From contig CAWABA010000006.1 of the NCBI GenBank assembly GCA_963780185.1, positions 128,001-192,000 of the forward strand: a stretch of DNA of 64,000 bases, read 5' to 3'. Positions 40,968 through 50,087 of the stretch are shown one piece after another (within the stretch, counting starts at the first letter, position 1; each line of letters starts with the position of its first letter). The notes under the pieces are model-generated. The model was not told the origin of the DNA, did not search any database, and worked only from the letters and a program-made list of their open reading frames with translations. A program made the translations under genes and the position numbers. This DNA comes from Candidatus Bathyarchaeota archaeon. GTDB taxonomy: Archaea > Thermoproteota > Bathyarchaeia > Bathyarchaeales > Bathycorpusculaceae.

Positions 40968-41045
40968 TGGTGGGGCTGGAGAGATTTGAACTCACGTCTA
41001 TAACGCCCGAGGCTACAAGCCTGGACCAAGCTAGCCGACAGCCCC
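40968..41045 (-). tRNA. tRNA-Pro(CGG), CCA encoded
   Basis: GGGGCTG/CAGCCCC acceptor stem, CTCGGGC anticodon loop, TTCAAAT T-loop; one mismatch each in D and T stems. Confidence 0.88.
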
Positions 41046-41099
41046 ATGATTGTTTGGCTTGATTTTTTCGGGGTTCATAGAATAATGGTGGCTTAGCCT

Positions 41100-41740
41100 T
41101 TAAACTTTAACGGTTAAGAAAAGCTGGTTGCTGATGTGCTTAGGCGGTGGGTGCTGCGGGTGCGGTTGCGGGGCGGCGGCTGCTGCTGGCTGGATTGGGG
41201 TTGGGGCAAAGTGGCCGTGGAATACTCTTGCCAATATGCATAGTGCGGCTGCTGGCGTTGCGAGGAAAAACGGCAATTCGAATGTTCCTGAAACCAAGGC
41301 GCTGACGGTGGCGCCCGCGGTCCAGTTGCTTGGCAAGGTGACTGTTGCTGACCCGTTTATGGGGATGTACATGCCGAAGTGTCCCGCGATCAACAGGATA
41401 ATTACTAGCAGGGCGACGAAACTTATGACTGAGTACAGCGGTTTTTTCCATGAGAAGCCGAGTAGATGTTTCGCGTAGGGTTTCGTGGGAATCACCGAGT
41501 AAATCAGCATGATTATGCCGCTGGCGGAGAATGTCAGAATCGTTACGAGGTTTAGTGCCCAAATCATGGGTATGGTGAATTGGGTGCCGAATAAGCCGAA
41601 GTTGGTGTTGACTGGGGAAGCGTTGATTTTGATGAGGTCTTGCCCGACTGTTAGCTGCCACCACGGCATGTAGAGCGAGATTACAAGCGCCACAAGGTGA
41701 TGATTCCCGCAGCGAAGCCAAGCCAATTAATTTTTCGATC
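41100..41740 (-). CDS. 4-TM hypothetical protein (start frameshifted)
   Basis: LYMPWW motif and four TM segments. Confidence 0.6.
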
Positions 41741-42344
41741 CAAATTATTTCCTCCGAGGCTTGACGCGAGGTTTTGCAGGTCCGTAATTGAACCTGCGTC
41801 GATGTGGTCGATGTGGATGCATATTCCGCCGACGACTACGTTCACGTTGTTTAATGCGATGTTGAGGGTTCCGCTTTGGTACTGTGCTTCAAGCTGGTTT
41901 ATTGCTGCTGGTGTCCAAGTTTCCAACGCGGTTAATATTGCGTTTGCTCCGGGCGACAGGTTGATTGCTTGCGGGATGGAGACGTTTCCGATTGGGGTGC
42001 CGTCTTCGGTGGCTACTTGGGCGGAAAGCTGGCTGAATGAAAGTTGGGTTGAAAGGGGATTGGTGAAGTTGAAGGGGTAGCTGAAGGCGCCCGTGGTTGG
42101 GTTATACTGGGGTTGCCCGACGGGTTGAGGCATCTGGAAGTTCGACAGGGAAGGCAGCTCGGACTAGGGTTCCGGCGGTGGCGCCGTTGTTGTTATTGCC
42201 GTTGTTGCCGTTCATGAGGTTCTGGATTTGAGGCGGAAAAACCAGCCCCTCCAAATTGTCCTTGTAAACGTAAACTTCAACCAAAATCGGAACAATAATG
42301 ATCATTATAGACAGAACGGTTAAAGCAACCTTGACTTTATCCAT
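41735..42344 (-). CDS. membrane-anchored LEA_2-like beta-sandwich protein (indels)
   Basis: N-terminal TM; FNFTNP and INLSPG motifs. Confidence 0.55.
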
Positions 42345-42490
42345 TAGTTACCCCCGACCCGTGTTTATTCAGCGCTTACTCCTTTTAATGGTTGCGCAAA
42401 AAAAATTCTGACGCCAAATCAACATCACCCAGCAGCACCAAACGCAACCCGAAAAAACACATAAAACAGACAAAACTACCCTGCCCGCCA

Positions 42491-42560
42491 ACTTTTGACT
42501 TTCCTTGACTAATTTTGACTTTCCCAGACTACCTTAGACTACTACAGACTATCCTTGACT
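42491..42560. repeat. seven GACT cores at exact 10-bp spacing
   Basis: acttttGACT ttccttGACT aattttGACT ttcccaGACT accttaGACT actacaGACT atccttGACT. Confidence 0.85.
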
Positions 42561-42717
42561 CAACCAACAAACACTTCAAGCCCCAACCAAACAAAGCAAC
42601 CCAAAACACAAACAACAAAAACCAGCCCGAACAACAAACCAGCCGCCGAGCTCCCCGATATCACAAAATTTAATTAACGTTGCTCTTTACATGTACCTAA
42701 ACCTCTGAGCCTTCAAC

Positions 42718-44064
42718 ATGCAAGTTAACTCAAAGATAACTGTCTCTAAACGTGTCCTCGCCTTGATTCTCATAGCCGTGCTTGCCCTCTCAGCGTTCAA
42801 CACCTACATGATTCTGATGCGTCCCAGCTTCAACTCAAACGCGGTAGCCTACGATTTTGTACTCACACAACACGGCAACAGCTACCAGCTAAAGAACATG
42901 CAGACGGGCTCAACCGTCGAAGGGTCGGGCAGCGTGTCATCAGCCATCAATTCAGCCCTAAAACACGGAGACTCGGTTTACCTGAACGCAGGCACCTACG
43001 TTTTGAACAGGGACATTTTGGTCTCTAACAAGATTGACGCCAAAATCGTCGGCAACGGAGCAACAATCATCGGAAACGGACACAAAATAATCGTTTACGG
43101 CGACAACTTTACAACTTCGCAGTACGCCTCGGTCTCGGGCTTAACGGTAATCAACGGAACCCTCAGAATCGAGAACTCGTTTGGAACAACCGTCACCGAC
43201 ATGATTTTTGAGAATACGTCAGTGGGGATAGACTTGGCTAACACGAACACGTGGAGCGAGGATACCCAAATCGACAACTGCTACTTCATCAACGCCACGC
43301 AAGGCATAGTTTTCGAAACCCCCACCGTCAACGCCACAGGCTCCTACGCCAGCTCAGACATCGAACGCTGCTTCTTCAACGTCCGCGACAACTCAGTCGG
43401 CATCAACGTCGAAGACAAAGCGCAGTTCTCCGACAGCCAAATACAAAACATCCGAATGTGGCTGGGACAAGACGGCGTAACAAACCAAACTGGGCTTTTA
43501 GTCAACGGCTCGATGTATCAGACGCTGCTGACCAGCGTGGTGTTTGAATCCTTCACCGACGTCCCAAACGACATGTTTGCCATCGACCTTGGAAAAAACT
43601 GCAACCCAGCCCCCATGCTGGACGGCGACGTCAACTTTTTGGGCAGTTGGACAGCAAACATACATAACCCCTACAGCAACTGGATTTCAGGCGTCGGCAC
43701 CGCCTTCGAGCGGCAAAACGTTAACGTTCCAGTCGGCGTGAACAGCCAATACGGCGCCAACGCAACAATCCAAACCGTTCCGCTAAACATTTATTCGTTT
43801 GAACCTAAAATCCAAGTTCAGGGAAGCTTCGCCAACAACGAAACCGTCACCGTCCGCATCCGACTGCTATTCGCCGACAACGTCGTCTCAAACCCCGTAA
43901 CACAAACCTTCACCAGCAACGGAGCAGCGTGGCTCAGCAACGACCAGATCCTGACTTTGTTTCCGTCGCAGAGCATAATTGTCGGCGTAGTCTTTGACGC
44001 ACAATCAAATGCTGGCGCAACCGACGCCGTTGTCACTGTCAGCGGCTACGGCACAGCAGGCTAA
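42718..44064 (+). CDS. membrane-anchored right-handed beta-helix (pectin lyase-like) protein
   Basis: AINSAL..GDSVYLNAGTY; repeated I.N..F....GI pattern. Confidence 0.75.
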   Translation: MQVNSKITVSKRVLALILIAVLALSAFNTYMILMRPSFNSNAVAYDFVLTQHGNSYQLKNMQTGSTVEGSGSVSSAINSALKHGDSVYLNAGTYVLNRDILVSNKIDAKIVGNGATIIGNGHKIIVYGDNFTTSQYASVSGLTVINGTLRIENSFGTTVTDMIFENTSVGIDLANTNTWSEDTQIDNCYFINATQGIVFETPTVNATGSYASSDIERCFFNVRDNSVGINVEDKAQFSDSQIQNIRMWLGQDGVTNQTGLLVNGSMYQTLLTSVVFESFTDVPNDMFAIDLGKNCNPAPMLDGDVNFLGSWTANIHNPYSNWISGVGTAFERQNVNVPVGVNSQYGANATIQTVPLNIYSFEPKIQVQGSFANNETVTVRIRLLFADNVVSNPVTQTFTSNGAAWLSNDQILTLFPSQSIIVGVVFDAQSNAGATDAVVTVSGYGTAG

Positions 44065-45454
44065 CGTTAACTGGTTCGTTGAGCAGGTTTTTGCGGCTAA
44101 ATATCTTGTCGATTTCCTCGGGTTTAAGCAGCTTCTTCTCTAACGCAATTTCTTTCACTGAGCGGTTTTCAGCTTGGGCTTGCTTGGCGATTTTTGCCGC
44201 TTCCAAGTAGCCGATGTAGGGGGACAGCAACGTGGCTAAAGACGGGTTCTTCTCCAAGTATTGGCTGCACTGCTTCTCGTTAACGGTTATTCCTCGTACG
44301 CATTTCTCGGTGAAGGCTGGGAGGAAGTTGCTGAGGATTTCGATTGAGAAAAGCATGTTGTACATGATGACTGGCGTCATAACGTTGAGTTCCATTTGCC
44401 CCGCCTGAACCGCCAAAGACACCGTGGCGTCGCTTCCTACAACTTGGAAAGCCACCATGTCTAAGCATTCAGCCATCACAGGGTTCACTTTTCCCGGCAT
44501 AATGGATGATCCAGGCTGCACGGGCGGAAGCACAATCTCGTTGAGCCCAGTCGTTGGACCCGACGCTAAAAGCCTCAGGTCATTTGCTACCCTGATAAGC
44601 TCCAACGCTAACTCCTTTAGACCGCTGGAAACCGACTGCGCCGCCCGCTGGCTCTGAAGCGCCTCAAAATTGTTTGTTGCAGGCTTAAGTGGGAACCCAG
44701 AAAGCTTCGCTAACTCAGCCACGGCAAGGCGCTTGTATTTGGGGTGGGCGTTGGCTCCTGTCCCGACCGCTGTGCCGCCTAAAGCAACGGCATACAGGTT
44801 TTGCTGCCTTTTTCGCAGTTCAGCGCAGGCATTAGCCACTGCCGAACCGTACGCAGCGAATTCTTGCCCAATCGTCACGGGCACAGCGTCTTGCAGGTGC
44901 GTTCTGCCTGACTTGAGCACGGAACCGTATTTTTTGCCGAGCTCGCTAAACGCCTCTGCAAGCTCGTCCAGCGCATAAAGCAGCGGCTTCAACGCCATCA
45001 GGACGGAGAGGTGGAGCGCGGTGGGGAAGGTGTCGTTTGTTGATTGCCCCATGTTTACGTGGTCGTTTGGGCTTAGGGTTTTGTAGTCGCCTTTTTCTTT
45101 GCCCATGATTTCTAAGGCGCTGTTGGCTAAAACCTCGTTAACGTTCATGTTGAAGGATGTGCCTGCGCCAGCTTGGAAGACGTCGACGACGAACTGGTCA
45201 ATTAGTTTGCCAGCTAACACTTCATCGCATGCGGCAACGATTGCCTCCGCCTTTTTCTCGTCAAGACAACCCAACTGCATGTTCGCGGCGGCGGCGGCTT
45301 TTTTGACGAGCACATAAGCGTCGATGAATGCCTTTGGCGCTTTGATTCCGCTTACGGGGAAATTCTCCGTCGCCCTCAACGTTTGAATGCCAAAATAAGC
45401 GTCGTTGGGAATGCGTCTCTCGCCTAATGGGTCAACTTCTTTCCTTGTCTCCAA
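44039..45454 (-). CDS. aspA: aspartate ammonia-lyase / class II fumarase
   Basis: GTSFNMNVNE, GRTHLQDA and GSSIMPGKVNP motifs. Confidence 0.88.
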   Translation of the reverse strand: METRKEVDPLGERRIPNDAYFGIQTLRATENFPVSGIKAPKAFIDAYVLVKKAAAAANMQLGCLDEKKAEAIVAACDEVLAGKLIDQFVVDVFQAGAGTSFNMNVNEVLANSALEIMGKEKGDYKTLSPNDHVNMGQSTNDTFPTALHLSVLMALKPLLYALDELAEAFSELGKKYGSVLKSGRTHLQDAVPVTIGQEFAAYGSAVANACAELRKRQQNLYAVALGGTAVGTGANAHPKYKRLAVAELAKLSGFPLKPATNNFEALQSQRAAQSVSSGLKELALELIRVANDLRLLASGPTTGLNEIVLPPVQPGSSIMPGKVNPVMAECLDMVAFQVVGSDATVSLAVQAGQMELNVMTPVIMYNMLFSIEILSNFLPAFTEKCVRGITVNEKQCSQYLEKNPSLATLLSPYIGYLEAAKIAKQAQAENRSVKEIALEKKLLKPEEIDKIFSRKNLLNEPVNVSLLCRSR

Positions 45455-45524
45455 CCTAATCTGCCCCTAACTTGCCTTCTACTAAGACAGCGGTAACTTT
45501 AATGCTCTTCGCAGGACTGTGAAC

Positions 45525-46400
45525 TTAAATTTCGAATTTATCGATAATCTTGTTTTCTTTTTCACCTGTGATTTCGGCGATTACGTGGAAAAACTGTTCA
45601 AGCCCTGAGTAGACTATTCTGGGCTTCAGAAGCTCATCTATTTGGAAAACTCCTGCTGAATTGGACATTTTGATCCTTATTTCGATTGGTTTTTTCCCGT
45701 TTTCAACTGGTTCGACCTCAACCTTCTCGATTGAAAGCGCGGAAACCGCGTGGATGTCTATTTTGCCTGCTTGGAAAGGGATTCTTGCCCTGCCCGCCTC
45801 CATGTCCAAGGCGTCGGCGATGCCTACTATGCCTGCTTCTTTGGTTAGTACTCTGTGGGTTGGGTCTCCGCTGGGCGGCTGCTCATGTGCCACGATGGCG
45901 TGCAGGACTTCTGAGGTGATGATGGCTATTTCCTCCTCGTTGTAAGTCGGCTTTAAGCAATCCATAAACTGCAAAGCGAGGGTTGCACTGTATTTTTCAT
46001 GGTTGTTTCTCTGAACAATCATGCCTAAGTCATGGAAGATTGAGGCTAAAACCACGACGACTTCCGCATCTTCATTTTGCATCCCGTAGTTTTCAACTAT
46101 GCTGGGCGTTATCAGTTTTTTCTCTACAAGAATCCGAAGAAGCTTTAGCGCGATGTTTGAAACGATTTTAACGTGGGTTGGACCGTGGTCAGTGTAGCCC
46201 ATGCGTTCTATAGCCATGACGTTGCTGCATCTCCAGTAGGTCTGTAGTTTCTTGTCTTCTCGTATTCTGTCCATGACCTGCTTGAGTTTTGCGTTGCCTC
46301 GGTAGGGTATGTTAAAGACATAGGACACTTCGGTGAATCTCCCTTTACCATATTCAAAGAAAGAATAATTTAAACTTGCATCCGACGGCTTAAGCAGCAA
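45525..46400 (-). CDS. HD-domain phosphohydrolase (COG3294-like)
   Basis: DHGPTH, HDLG and ADALD motifs. Confidence 0.88.
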   Translation of the reverse strand: MLLKPSDASLNYSFFEYGKGRFTEVSYVFNIPYRGNAKLKQVMDRIREDKKLQTYWRCSNVMAIERMGYTDHGPTHVKIVSNIALKLLRILVEKKLITPSIVENYGMQNEDAEVVVVLASIFHDLGMIVQRNNHEKYSATLALQFMDCLKPTYNEEEIAIITSEVLHAIVAHEQPPSGDPTHRVLTKEAGIVGIADALDMEAGRARIPFQAGKIDIHAVSALSIEKVEVEPVENGKKPIEIRIKMSNSAGVFQIDELLKPRIVYSGLEQFFHVIAEITGEKENKIIDKFEI

Positions 46401-46514
46401 GTCAACGGTAAATTCTCTGTTTTTGTGGTGCTGAATCTGAATTGTTCGATGAACATGCTTTTAAGCATGAAAAGCACTGTTTTTCAATTATCTAACAAAC
46501 GGGGTTCGTACTGT

Positions 46515-46820
46515 TTGGGAAAGAAAAAAGTGTTAAGTGAAGGCGCAATCAGCGAGATGACTTACCCTGGACAAGGCGAAGTGTTGGGGTTAGTAGTGAA
46601 GCTGCTTGGTTTCGACCGCATCTTAGTCAAATGCCAAGACGGTGCCGAACGGCTTTGCCGAATCCGCGGCAAAATGAAAAGACGCGTCTGGATACGTGAA
46701 GGCGACATCGTAATAGTTTCGCCTTGGGAATTCCAAACTGACAAACGCGGCGACGTCGTGTGGCGCTACACTCATTCGCAAGCTGATACGCTAAGACGCA
46801 AGGGAATTCTAACCCTTTAG
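46515..46820 (+). CDS. eif1A: translation initiation factor aIF-1A
   Basis: CRIRGKMKRRVWIREGDIVIVSPW. Confidence 0.95.
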   Translation: MGKKKVLSEGAISEMTYPGQGEVLGLVVKLLGFDRILVKCQDGAERLCRIRGKMKRRVWIREGDIVIVSPWEFQTDKRGDVVWRYTHSQADTLRRKGILTL

Positions 46821-47032
46821 CCTTCAACTTTTGAAAAAGTTTCTTTAAGTTCATGTTCTCTCTTTGATTTTTGGGAAGATGCGAAGGTTAGTTTTGTCTG
46901 ATTTCCATGTTTGAATTGCCGTTTGTTTATGGACTGCAAAAAAGTTCTTTAAAAATTCATATCATATGTGTAATAATTCAAGGGGTTTCCGAGCGGTTTT
47001 AATACCTTAACGGGTTATCAAATGCTGATTAT

Positions 47033-47818
47033 ATGTCTTCTAAGAAAGCTGTAGAACGCCTTGCCCACAACGAAAGGAGAGTGGAGCGAAGAGACAAGAT
47101 GCTGACCCACGATATGACCAAAGAACGCGCCACCGTGGAGGAGGTTTTTGACCAAACCACCCGCATGGTTGTCTTCGACATGCTAAACAGTGGCGTATTC
47201 TACGAGCTAAACGGCGTAGTGAGTTCAGGCAAGGAAGCACGAGTTTACTGGGGCACAACCAAAGAAGGCGTTGACTTAGCTGTAAAAATTTATTTAACCT
47301 CTTCAGCCGAATTCAAAAAAGGTATGCACAAATACATCGAAGGCGACCCCCGATTTAAAGACGTCAAACACGATACCCGTTCATTAATGACGGTTTGGGC
47401 ACAAAAAGAATTCCGCAACCTCAAAGAAGCCACCGACGCAAAAGTGCGTGTACCAAAACCTATTGCAGTCAAAAGCAACGTTGTAGTTATGGAGTTTATT
47501 GGGGAACAGGGTGTTAGTGCGCCTTCTCTTAAGGAGCAGCCTCCAGAAAACCCCGAAAAAATCTACAAAATAATCGTCACTTCTATTAAACGGCTTTATC
47601 AGAAAGCAAAGATAGTTCACGGCGACCTCAGCGAATACAACATTATGATGTGGAAGGGCAAACCCGTGGTTTTTGACATGTCTCAGTCAGTTTCAATTCA
47701 GCATCCATTGGCTGACGAGCTGCTGGTGCGTGATATTACGAATGTGAATAGGTTCTTTAGTCGGTTAAATGTTGAAGTTATTTCAGTTGAAGAATTGCAT
47801 AAGATGGTTGTGGGTTGA
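47033..47818 (+). CDS. rio1: RIO1 serine kinase
   Basis: SSGKEARVY, WAQKEFRNL and VHGDLSEYN motifs. Confidence 0.95.
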   Translation: MSSKKAVERLAHNERRVERRDKMLTHDMTKERATVEEVFDQTTRMVVFDMLNSGVFYELNGVVSSGKEARVYWGTTKEGVDLAVKIYLTSSAEFKKGMHKYIEGDPRFKDVKHDTRSLMTVWAQKEFRNLKEATDAKVRVPKPIAVKSNVVVMEFIGEQGVSAPSLKEQPPENPEKIYKIIVTSIKRLYQKAKIVHGDLSEYNIMMWKGKPVVFDMSQSVSIQHPLADELLVRDITNVNRFFSRLNVEVISVEELHKMVVG

Positions 47819-47819
47819 A

Positions 47820-48398
47820 ATGTCAGGTTTAGACACGTTTGTAAAGATTCCGAAAGAACGCGTTGGCATACTTATCGGTGAAGAAGGAAAAGCAAAACAG
47901 TACATTGAAGATAGACTTAACGTCAAAATCGACGTGGACAGCGAAGGCAGCGTCACCATCAAGCTTACAGAAAAAGCTCCAGACCCATCGGTGCTGCTGA
48001 AAGCTAAAGACGTTGTGACTGCCATAGGCAGAGGATTCTCACCTGACGCCACCTACCGCCTAATACGCAACGAAGACGAAATCTTCGACTTGATCGACCT
48101 GCGACAAGTCTTCGGGCGCTCCGAATCTGACATCAAACGTGTAAAAGGCAGAATGATAGGTACAGACGGCAAAACAAGAAAACTGATTGAAGAATTAACG
48201 GAAGCCAACATGGTGGTTTATGGGCACACAGTCGGGTTCATCGGAAGCTTCACCCAGGTGGATGCAGCACGTCATGCGGCGCAGATGATTATCGAAGGGT
48301 GCCAGCATCAAACGGTCTACAGGTTCCTGCAACGGAAACGCACGGAACTCAAAAAAGAGAAGCTTGAGTTGTGGGAGAAAACTGGAAACAAAAAGTAG
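47820..48398 (+). CDS. KH-domain pre-rRNA processing protein Dim2/Pno1
   Basis: KIPKERVGILIG, AIGRGFSP and GRMIG motifs; follows rio1. Confidence 0.93.
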   Translation: MSGLDTFVKIPKERVGILIGEEGKAKQYIEDRLNVKIDVDSEGSVTIKLTEKAPDPSVLLKAKDVVTAIGRGFSPDATYRLIRNEDEIFDLIDLRQVFGRSESDIKRVKGRMIGTDGKTRKLIEELTEANMVVYGHTVGFIGSFTQVDAARHAAQMIIEGCQHQTVYRFLQRKRTELKKEKLELWEKTGNKK

Positions 48399-48490
48399 CT
48401 TCGTTTGAAGAAACCTTTTTCTTCTTAACGTCAATGCCAAATGGCATGGTTAGGTTATTTGTCACCAAAGCTTTTTGTTTTTAGTGTTTT

Positions 48491-48562
48491 TTGTGTTTGT
48501 GTGTAAGGGTACCCGATAGGTAGGCAAACCATATACGGAAAGCATATACAATTCGTCAATAC
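48491..48562 (+). repeat. conserved non-coding element copy A (CATATAC, 13-bp period)
   Basis: Aligns with the reverse complement of 55109-55177. Confidence 0.75.
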
Positions 48563-48811
48563 AGGCACGCAAAGATGTTGCCAAGTTTTCTTTGATTTGG
48601 AGACTTAGTTTTCTACGATAGGAAACCTGACAGTGAGTTCCTGAACTTGAGGGCATAAACGAAAAAAGTTCGATTAACCATCCAAATTGCTAAATTTGGC
48701 GTTTTTTCTCAAAAAAAGCCTTTGGTTTCCGTTTGCCATGCATTTTGCAAAGTGTTAAATAACCAATTGTTAAATAAGCAAGATAACCCTCGTAAGTAGA
48801 AGGGGAGAGGT

Positions 48812-49894
48812 ATGTTGGAAAAATCATTCGCAGGCTTTAATAAAAAAACAGTGAAACTAATAACCGTATTATTGTTCATCACTATGTTAGCTTTGGTTGC
48901 GGCGGCAGTTCCTTCGGCTAAAGCTGCGGGTTTGAAAGTAACCTTCAGCCCTGCGGAAGCCGCCGTTGGCGCAACTGTCCAAATAACTGGATCGGGATTT
49001 TCTCCAGTTGAACCAGTAACTTTCGTTTGCAACAATAACCAGATGTTTGCCCCCTCTGTTACCGCGGACAGCGCTGGAAACATAGTGAGCAGTTGCACTG
49101 TGCCTGATTTTCCCGCGGGAACATACCATGTGACCGTGTATGACAGTTCCGGGCTCAGTGTCAGCGCACCTTTTATTGTGACAGGCGGCGGTAGTTCCAC
49201 CGCTTCCCCTATCGCCCCATCCTCCAGCTCTTCATCGTCAGGGAACGGAAACGGAAATGGTAACAGCAATGGCAACGGAAACGGCAATGGAACAGGAACG
49301 GCAATGGTAATCCCCACCTATTCGCCGACCCCAACTTCATCATCCAGCGGATTTTGGTCTCCAACTGTAATCGGAGTAATTGTAGCGGTTTTGATAGCGT
49401 TCGCCATTTCAGGAGTACTCCTGTATTCAAGACAAGGCAAACAGAGAATGATGCTTGAAAGGGAAAGGGAACGTGACCGCGAACGATCTTCACTTTACGG
49501 TCCAGAACTCACCTCAGGCGCCATACGGGCCAGGAGGAGGATACAGTCCGCAATCTTCAAATTACGGTCCAGCGCCATCTGGCCCCGCTGGCTCCTCACG
49601 GTACACCCCTACAGTTACAGGTCACCGTCATCATCAGGTTCCTACCAATCACGTTACAACCAAACTTCAAGTTACAGACCAAGCCCATACGCCTCGCGTT
49701 ACAGCCAACCATCAAGTTACAGACAGCCAGCAGCAACAGTCAAGTTACAGTCGACCACCAATCGCATTCGAAAACTTGCTCTCACTGCAAAAGATCCGTC
49801 AGAGAAGACCAAAACATTTGCCCATACTGCAATAAAAGGGTATAAACAATCAGCGGTTAAGTGCCAAGCCTCCTTCCAAATCGGTCGCGTCTAA
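48812..49894 (+). CDS. surface protein: Ig/IPT-like domain, S/GN linker, TM, cytoplasmic SY-rich region and zinc ribbon (indels)
   Basis: ITGSGF...ADSAG...PAGTYHV; CSHC..CPYC in shifted frame. Confidence 0.7.
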   Translation: MLEKSFAGFNKKTVKLITVLLFITMLALVAAAVPSAKAAGLKVTFSPAEAAVGATVQITGSGFSPVEPVTFVCNNNQMFAPSVTADSAGNIVSSCTVPDFPAGTYHVTVYDSSGLSVSAPFIVTGGGSSTASPIAPSSSSSSSGNGNGNGNSNGNGNGNGTGTAMVIPTYSPTPTSSSSGFWSPTVIGVIVAVLIAFAISGVLLYSRQGKQRMMLERERERDRERSSLYGPELTSGAIRARRRIQSAIFKLRSSAIWPRWLLTVHPYSYRSPSSSGSYQSRYNQTSSYRPSPYASRYSQPSSYRQPAATVKLQSTTNRIRKLALTAKDPSEKTKTFAHTAIKGYKQSAVKCQASFQIGRV

Positions 49895-50087
49895 CTGGCG
49901 TTAGATTTTTCTTTTCCTTTTTTCACATGCTTTCTTTGATATTTCTCGATTTGGATAATTTCATTATTGAATTAAAAATAGTTGTTACATAAGCTAGCGC
50001 CAATAGGGTTATAAGATGGAGGATGCAAAGGACTTGTAGGTTTCAAGCCGCTTTTTTTTGTCTATAGAAGTCTTTTGAGGTATTTCT

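Larger units (their letters stand above)
37028..41045. mobile_element. ~4-kb tRNA-Pro-integrated islet without integrase (defence islet)
   Basis: Bounded by tRNA-Pro and its 3' duplicate; AT-rich cargo. Confidence 0.85.

Noticed and set aside
48523-48574. c-di-GMP-I (GEMM) riboswitch suggested by GGCAAACC...GGCACGCAAAG
   Set aside because: The P2 stem does not pair well, the tetraloop-receptor arm is missing, and the motif is not kept in the paralogous copy at 55109-55177
49222-49305. GGAAAC/GGCAAT microsatellite as a contingency locus
   Set aside because: It is an in-frame Ser/Gly-Asn linker with synonymous variation
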